Source: Methanothrix sp. (GTDB lineage Archaea; Halobacteriota; Methanosarcinia; Methanotrichales; Methanotrichaceae). Taken from it: 64,000 nt of DNA. Under the pieces are notes generated by a model. That model searched no databases. It saw only the letters and a list, made by a program, of their open reading frames with translations, and had not been told where the DNA came from. A program made the position numbers and the translations under genes. Each line of letters starts with the position of its first letter. The stretch's first letter is position 1. Shown in pieces: positions 58,375 through 64,000 of this stretch. The stretch lies in contig OY821645.1 of NCBI GenBank assembly GCA_963682135.1, positions 2,912,001 through 2,976,000 of the forward strand. The letters run 5' to 3'.

Positions 58375-59703
58375 ATGATTACATCATTTTCCTTAAAGAA
58401 CTTCAAGAGCTACCGTGGGGCGGAGATGCCTTTAGCCACGCTTACCCTTTTTACAGGCCCGAATGCATCCGGCAAGAGCAATGCCTTGGAGGCAATTCGT
58501 CTCTTGTCTTTGCTCTCCAAAGGAACTCGTCTGGATGACATTGAAAAGGGAATTCATGGGGCAGGTGCCATCTTTCGTGGAGATCCGGAAAATTTCTTCC
58601 GCGATACTGGAATGGGATTTGAGATCGGCTGCCAGATCGATGGCATTGAAGGGGATTGGAATCGTCTCTCACTCCAAGTCGGCTTGATCTCAGATCATTT
58701 GGTCATCACAGATGAGTTTGTCTGGAAGATGTCCGAGCCTCTTCCTTTGTATCGTTTGGATGGACTGCCGTTTAATGAATGCATGGATGAGATCACTTCT
58801 GTACAGTATAATAATTTTAAACCTGAAAATAAGCCAAGAATTCCCTGCTCAAATCGACAGGCAATTTTTTTCCAGTTGGATACTCCGGCGCGTTTTTATG
58901 AAAAGGATATGGACTCCCAGAGGATTATTCCAGAGGTAGTTAGTGAAATTAGAAAGAACCTTCAGAATGTGATGTTCCTGGAGCCCCGGCCCGAGACGAT
59001 GCGTGATTACTCCTACTTCAAGGATGATGTAATGCAGGTGGGTGGAAGAAATCTCTCCAGCGTTCTGTTTAAGATTTGTAATGATCCATTCGGCAGAGAT
59101 GAGATGCTACAATTCGTTCTGTCCCTCCCGGAACAAGACATCACTGATATTAGATTCATCAGGACGGAGAAAAATGATGTCATGGTTCGGCTGGTGGAGT
59201 CCTTCGGCGGAAAGGAGGGCGTTTTTGATGCTCCGGTCCTCTCCGACGGTACACTGCGGGTCTTGGCGGTCGGGGCGACGCTGCTCTCTGCTCCCCATGG
59301 GTCTTTGGTCATCATCGAAGAGATCGACAATGGCGTTCATCCCAGCCGAGCTGAAAGCCTTATTTTGCAGATTAAAGGGATTGCTGAGGCTCGCAGTCTT
59401 CGAGTTCTTCTAACCTCCCACAATCCCGCCCTTCTCGATGCTCTTCCTGATGAATCTCTGGGCGATGTGCTCTGTTGCTACAGAGATCCGGAATTGGGAG
59501 ACAGCCGCATAGTGAGGCTTGGAGATCTCGATCGTTTCCCCGAGCTTATGGCTCAAGGCACATTAGGGGAATTGGTGACTCGGCAGATCCTGGATCGCTT
59601 CTTGAAGGATAAGACCACTCCAGAGGAGAGAAAGCAAGCGGCATTGTCCTGGCTTAAGGAACTCAAGAACGGGGTGAAGGATGAGTGCCATTTGCCTGAT
59701 TGA
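58375..59703 (+). CDS. ABC/AAA_21-type ATPase
   Basis: GPNASGKS, LSDGTLR, IIEEIDNGVHP, TSHNP. Confidence 0.88.
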   Translation: MITSFSLKNFKSYRGAEMPLATLTLFTGPNASGKSNALEAIRLLSLLSKGTRLDDIEKGIHGAGAIFRGDPENFFRDTGMGFEIGCQIDGIEGDWNRLSLQVGLISDHLVITDEFVWKMSEPLPLYRLDGLPFNECMDEITSVQYNNFKPENKPRIPCSNRQAIFFQLDTPARFYEKDMDSQRIIPEVVSEIRKNLQNVMFLEPRPETMRDYSYFKDDVMQVGGRNLSSVLFKICNDPFGRDEMLQFVLSLPEQDITDIRFIRTEKNDVMVRLVESFGGKEGVFDAPVLSDGTLRVLAVGATLLSAPHGSLVIIEEIDNGVHPSRAESLILQIKGIAEARSLRVLLTSHNPALLDALPDESLGDVLCCYRDPELGDSRIVRLGDLDRFPELMAQGTLGELVTRQILDRFLKDKTTPEERKQAALSWLKELKNGVKDECHLPD

Positions 59704-60141
59704 CACCTCCATTTTTTCGAGATTCTTGATGTTCCCAGAAAGGCTTGCGATCATGATCACGTGATCTCAGAGCTTCAGTCGAAGATAGAGAATGGCGAGT
59801 CGTTGTTTTTGCCAATGGCAACCATTCTGGAGACAGGAAATCATATCGCTCAAAATGGGGATGGAGGGCAGCGGCGATCTTGCGCTCATAAATTTGTCGT
59901 GCAAGTTCAGCAAGCACTCAACGGGCAGTCTCCTTTCAAGCCTATCAGCTTTCCTGAAAAGGAGCAGCTGTATCAATGGCTGATCGAATTTCCCGATTCC
60001 GTCATTCAAGGAAAAAGCCTGGGAGATTTATCTATAATCCACGATTTTAACAGGTTTAGCAGGCAAAATCCTAGGCGGGAGATTTACATCTGGTCCATGG
60101 ACGGCCATCTTTCATCCTTCCGCCAGCAAGCCAGATATTAA
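59681..60141 (+). pseudogene. PIN-like protein split by a 1-nt frameshift
   Basis: ATG 59681 gives MSAICLIDTSIF, then the frame switches at the T6 run 59712-59717 to EILDVP...ATILETGNHI...LGDLSII...IWSMDGHL. Confidence 0.7.
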
Positions 60142-60202
60142 TATTATACATCGACATTTATTATTGTGATTAGGTCTTTTTGTGCAAGCACCTCTTGCAC
60201 AA

Positions 60203-60412
60203 TTATGCGATCGGGCCGGAAGACGCAAACGCGCGCATGTACTTCAGGTTGCGAGGTGAAAGCCCCTGCATCTCCGGGAAGTCCACCCAAAGTTCTGTGG
60301 ATAGTCGGTCGATCACCTTAGCTCCCCATCCTTCGCTCTGCCGTCTCTCAAAGATCATGCACCCAATATTCCAGAAAAGCCGCGCTTTCAAGGAGTTGGC
60401 GACTATGACCAC
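60203..60412 (-). pseudogene. Fragment of YhcG/DUF1016 N-terminal domain
   Basis: EGWGAKVIDRLS...[13 protein letters not shown], matching 20561..21607. Confidence 0.8.
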
Positions 60413-60505
60413 ATGTAGGAAGCCTAATTGGATCCGCTATTTGATCTGATGGAAAAGATGCAACAGAACGGCTTTCTGTTTTCAGGCAAAACCGACGAAG
60501 ACATC

Positions 60506-61063
60506 TCAGCATATCGTCGAGCTGTCCTGTCGCGGGATGCTTTTGTTCAGTTTGGCATACAAGTACTGGTCGAGGATTCTCCCATCCTTGAAGACGGAAG
60601 CCCTGATAATCCCCTCAAGGGTAAAACCAGCTTTTTCAAGCACCCTGGCTGAAGCGGCATTTGTGGTGTATGGTTCTGCGAAGATTCGGTGAAAGCCAAG
60701 CTCTGCAAAGGCATATTCGCTCAGTGCTCCTATCGCGGCTGTCATGATTCCATTGCCCCAGAAAGGCTCTGCAAGCCAATATCCCAGCTGCGCAGTGAAT
60801 CGATGAACATCAATCCCAGGCATCAGACCGATGCTGCCAATGGCCTCATGATCGGATGCAATTACAAAATAGGTTCTGGGCTCCATTTGCATAACTCTGG
60901 ATAGAAACGCTTCTGCATCTGCCAGCCTGTAAGGATGAGCAAACTTATCTCGAAGGTAAATCCAGATCTTTCTGTTGTTGGCATAATGAGCTATTGATGC
61001 AGCATCGTCCTCGCGCCAATCTCGAATCACGTACTTGTCGATCTTGATATGCACGATGGGCAT
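60506..61063 (-). CDS. RimJ/RimL-type GNAT N-acetyltransferase
   Basis: LGYWLAEPFWGNGIMT, NAASARVLEKAGF. Confidence 0.9.
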   Translation of the reverse strand: MPIVHIKIDKYVIRDWREDDAASIAHYANNRKIWIYLRDKFAHPYRLADAEAFLSRVMQMEPRTYFVIASDHEAIGSIGLMPGIDVHRFTAQLGYWLAEPFWGNGIMTAAIGALSEYAFAELGFHRIFAEPYTTNAASARVLEKAGFTLEGIIRASVFKDGRILDQYLYAKLNKSIPRQDSSTIC

Positions 61064-61121
61064 CCTGCACCTGCCAGCTCCAATCCGGCGAGCCAGATAT
61101 TAGTATTAGTTGATAATTGTT

Positions 61122-61429
61122 GCGAGTGAGGAGAGTAAGCCCCCTTCTGTTCTTTGACGGCATTCAGCTTAGCGCCATACCCGAGCTTGGCTGGACGTCC
61201 GTGATTTCAGCTCTATTTTGGCTTGCACCCACAGGGTTTCGCCGTTTCATCCGCTTCCCGCGCGACCTTCAGCCTTGCGGCATCATCGCTTTAACGCGGA
61301 GCGGTCTCGTTTCTGTGCCAGAGCCGGAGCTCTCGCCCCACATCATTTGAGATGTCTGTGTGTCCAGTGGTGGAGGGACTTTCCACACCGGCCGGAATTG
61401 GCCAGCGGCAGCCGCCCTTCCTCTCTCGC
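61122..61429 (-). ncRNA. rnpB: Archaeal RNase P RNA
   Basis: Minus strand: GGAAAGTCCCTCC near the 5' end, ACAGAAAC, GATGAAACGG, AACAGAAGGGGGCTTA near the 3' end; complementary termini GCGAG...CTCGC. Confidence 0.9.
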
Positions 61430-61530
61430 TGCAACATAGGTCCATGGCGCGGTTTATAACGCCTTCGCTTCTCATGGCCGCAAGTCCTCGGGGGCAAATC
61501 TTTATCACAGGACCGATCTTTTAACCACAA

Positions 61531-62301
61531 ATGGCCCGAGATCAAAAAGACTACTATTATCGACTGGCAAAACAGGAGGGCTACAGAGCCCGATCCGCCT
61601 ATAAGCTGCTACAGATCAATGAGAAGTTTAACGTCATCAAGCGAGGGGACAGCGTGGTTGATCTGGGAGCTGCGCCCGGCGGCTGGCTGCAGGTGGCTGC
61701 CAAGCTTTCCGGCGGTAGCATAGTGGGCGTAGACCTGGAGGGCATTGCGCCCATCCCAGGTGTGAAGACCTTTGTGGCGGACATAACCCATGAGAGCACC
61801 GTAGATCTGGTGAAGGATGCCCTGGGAGGGGAAGCGGATGTGGTGATCTGCGATGCTGCGCCTAATCTCACCGGAGCCTGGCACAGAGATCATGCCGTCT
61901 CCGTCGACTTAGCCCGATCGGCGCTCAAAATCGCCAAGAAGCTTCTGCGGCCCCGGGGAAATTTCGTGGTCAAGGTCTTTCAGGGTGACCTGTTCCTGGA
62001 CTATCTGAACGAGGTTCGAAAAGAGTTCTCATCTGTCCATGCCCACTCGCCGCTTGCATCCAGAAAGGAGAGCGCTGAGACCTATGTCGTGGCCAAAAAG
62101 CTGCTCACAAGCCCAGTGAGGAGAGGCGATATGCTGGACGTGGAGATCGAGTATTTGGGTAAATCGGGAGACGGTGTAGCCATAGTGGAAGGCTTCGCGA
62201 TCATTGTGCGCAAAGCACAGAAGGGCGAGAGGCTGCGGGTGAAAATCGATGCTGTGAAGCCCAATTTTGCCTTCGCCGATATATTGGAGAGAAAGGGTTA
62301 A
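61531..62301 (+). CDS. rlmE: 23S rRNA Um2552 methyltransferase with TRAM domain
   Basis: YRARSAYKL, VVDLGAAPGGW, ASRKESAE. Confidence 0.93.
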   Translation: MARDQKDYYYRLAKQEGYRARSAYKLLQINEKFNVIKRGDSVVDLGAAPGGWLQVAAKLSGGSIVGVDLEGIAPIPGVKTFVADITHESTVDLVKDALGGEADVVICDAAPNLTGAWHRDHAVSVDLARSALKIAKKLLRPRGNFVVKVFQGDLFLDYLNEVRKEFSSVHAHSPLASRKESAETYVVAKKLLTSPVRRGDMLDVEIEYLGKSGDGVAIVEGFAIIVRKAQKGERLRVKIDAVKPNFAFADILERKG

Positions 62302-62343
62302 TAACCTGCCCAAGAAAAACAGAGGGAAGGCAGGGGCGATGCT

Positions 62344-62619
62344 ATGGAAGACAATGCCGTGATTTTCGTTGGTGACAAACCAGTCATGAACTATGTTCTC
62401 GCCGTAATGACCCAGTTCAACAAGCCGGTCTCCACAGTAACGCTGAAGGCCAGGGGACGAGCCATCTCCCGGGCAGTGGATGCGGCAGAGATCACACGGA
62501 ATCGATTTATGCTCAACGTAGTTGTCAAAAACATAACCATCGGCACGGAGTCCATCCCCAGCGAGGATGGCAAGACGGTGAATGTATCTTCAATGGAGAT
62601 CTTGCTGGCCAAGACCTGA
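62344..62619 (+). CDS. albA: DNA/RNA-binding protein Alba
   Basis: [21 protein letters not shown]. Confidence 0.95.
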   Translation: MEDNAVIFVGDKPVMNYVLAVMTQFNKPVSTVTLKARGRAISRAVDAAEITRNRFMLNVVVKNITIGTESIPSEDGKTVNVSSMEILLAKT

Positions 62620-62631
62620 TTTAGATTAATA

Positions 62632-63369
62632 TTATTTCACAATCACGCAGGCATTCTCATCAAACGGATTAGTTCTCATTGCCAGGGAGAATAGATAGGG
62701 ATAATTCGAATTGAGATATCTCATGTATGCCATCCACTCCATAACCAGCAGGAAATATGCTCTTTCAATGTCGCCGGCAAGATGCCGGTAATCGGAATCC
62801 GGTTGACCTTGAAAGTCCCGGCGAAGCTCCAGTTCCTCCGTCAAGTGGAATACAGATCGAAGCAAATTGGTGAAGCTCTCATTCTCCAGCAATAGGGGGT
62901 TTTCCAGCAGTCTCAGGGAAAAGCTCCTCTTGGAACTCAAATAAGCGGAGAGAGCCTTCATATCTATCTTTTTTATATCGATGCTGTAATTGTGATTTCT
63001 AAATTTGTCCTGCACCCGAATAAATTCCTCTTCGGACCACTGGTCGATCTTCACAAGATCCCCGCTAAGTTTGCATAGGTTAGGATCATTATCGGAAAAA
63101 TAGGTCAGGAGCCAGGTTCCGATCTCGCTAAAAAAAACGCCCACTACTATGTTCATCTTCTCCAGTCTATTCTGTCTGGATCGATTGGCAAGCAGCCTAT
63201 TGAGAATTATGGTTACCAGCAGTACATTTAGGGGCAAATATCCCAGAGAGTTGAAGAGATAATTGAAGATATTTTGAGCATCACCACTAATCAGGTATTT
63301 TGCGCTGTAGATTGCAATGGACAGCAGAATCAAGATTGTACCAAGGCGCGCTTCCCAGCTCAGCTTCAT
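62632..63369 (-). CDS. Conserved membrane hypothetical protein
   Basis: Two N-terminal TM helices; GVFFSEIG, YPYLFSLAMRTNPF. Confidence 0.75.
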   Translation of the reverse strand: MKLSWEARLGTILILLSIAIYSAKYLISGDAQNIFNYLFNSLGYLPLNVLLVTIILNRLLANRSRQNRLEKMNIVVGVFFSEIGTWLLTYFSDNDPNLCKLSGDLVKIDQWSEEEFIRVQDKFRNHNYSIDIKKIDMKALSAYLSSKRSFSLRLLENPLLLENESFTNLLRSVFHLTEELELRRDFQGQPDSDYRHLAGDIERAYFLLVMEWMAYMRYLNSNYPYLFSLAMRTNPFDENACVIVK

Positions 63370-63490
63370 TTCCTTCGCTCTTCTCCAAGGGTTAATGTTC
63401 CCAATTTATTGTCAAAAGCTAAGAACGTATCGATATAGAGCATCGATATCTTTACCTACAATAAATCACCACTGGAAAATTGGTGATTAT

Positions 63491-63889
63491 ATGTTTCCAG
63501 GACTTGGAGGATTAGGCGGAAGGGGCGGCATGAGCCCCAAGAAGATGAAAGGCATGTTGAAGAACATGGGCATCAATATCGAGGAGCTGGAGAACGTCTC
63601 CGAGGTTGTCATTCACATGCCCGACAGGGAGATTGTCATATCCAATCCTTCTGTCGCGATCATGGACTCACATGGCACACGAAGCTATCAGATATCCGGC
63701 GACGAGTCTGAGCGCGCGCCATCTGGGGTGGCACCGCAAACTGTAGCCGAGCCTCCAGTTGAGATTTTGGACTCGGACGTGCAGCTGGTAGCAGCTCAAA
63801 CGGGCGCGAGTCTGCCGGAGGCAAAAGCTGCCTTGCAGGAGGCCAAAGGAGACCTGGCGGCTTCCATAATAAAGCTCTCATCAAAATAG
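63491..63889 (+). CDS. nac: Nascent polypeptide-associated complex protein
   Basis: MFPG...PKKMKGMLKNMGI; UBA-like DVQLVAAQTG...GDLA. Confidence 0.9.
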   Translation: MFPGLGGLGGRGGMSPKKMKGMLKNMGINIEELENVSEVVIHMPDREIVISNPSVAIMDSHGTRSYQISGDESERAPSGVAPQTVAEPPVEILDSDVQLVAAQTGASLPEAKAALQEAKGDLAASIIKLSSK

Positions 63890-63892
63890 GTT

Positions 63893-64000
63893 ATGTCCTG
63901 CACCATTCGCGACCCAGTTCATGGTGCCATTCAGATCGATGAGCTTGAGCGCCTTCTCATCCTGTCCCGACCGCTGCAGCGACTGAAGGGGATTAAGCAG
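63893..64000 (+). CDS. HD-domain phosphohydrolase, 5' part
   Basis: MSCTIRDPVHGAI...LQRLKGIKQ. Confidence 0.75.
   Translation, partial: MSCTIRDPVHGAIQIDELERLLILSRPLQRLKGIKQ

Noticed and set aside
61117-61545. Short ORFs on both strands
   Set aside because: They overlap the RNase P RNA and its promoter region.

Overview
Archaeal methanogen chromosome, most likely Methanothrix/Methanosaeta-like. This is inferred from cysteate synthase, the fwd/fmd operon, Alba, NAC, archaeal RNase P RNA, a PGF-CTERM protein and lineage-type secreted families. Housekeeping blocks: cysteate synthase, fwdFACDB, fdh alpha, hisAB, ogg, uvrB, MATE, rnpB, rlmE, albA, nac. Accessory blocks: (1) a cluster of secreted paralogs with an S8 protease; (2) a defence island with hsdM, YhcG and hsdS but only a stub of hsdR, plus a TIR + 2-TM gene pair and an ATPase + DUF4276-like pair; (3) a complete tnpB-only IS200/IS605 element with deducible ends, and a second orphan right end; (4) a reduced CRISPR locus (stand-alone Cas6 half of Csb2, cas1 stub, cas2, 12 repeats); (5) a Cys-rich exported protein / wHTH module; (6) a gas-vesicle cluster with six tandem gvpA copies, facing a divergent regulatory operon (receiver, PAS histidine kinase, Cys-rich DUF835, PadR, KaiC-like ATPase). 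The best candidates for undescribed systems are the TIR + 2-TM pair and the gas-vesicle regulatory operon. All family calls come from motif recognition by eye; no searches were run.
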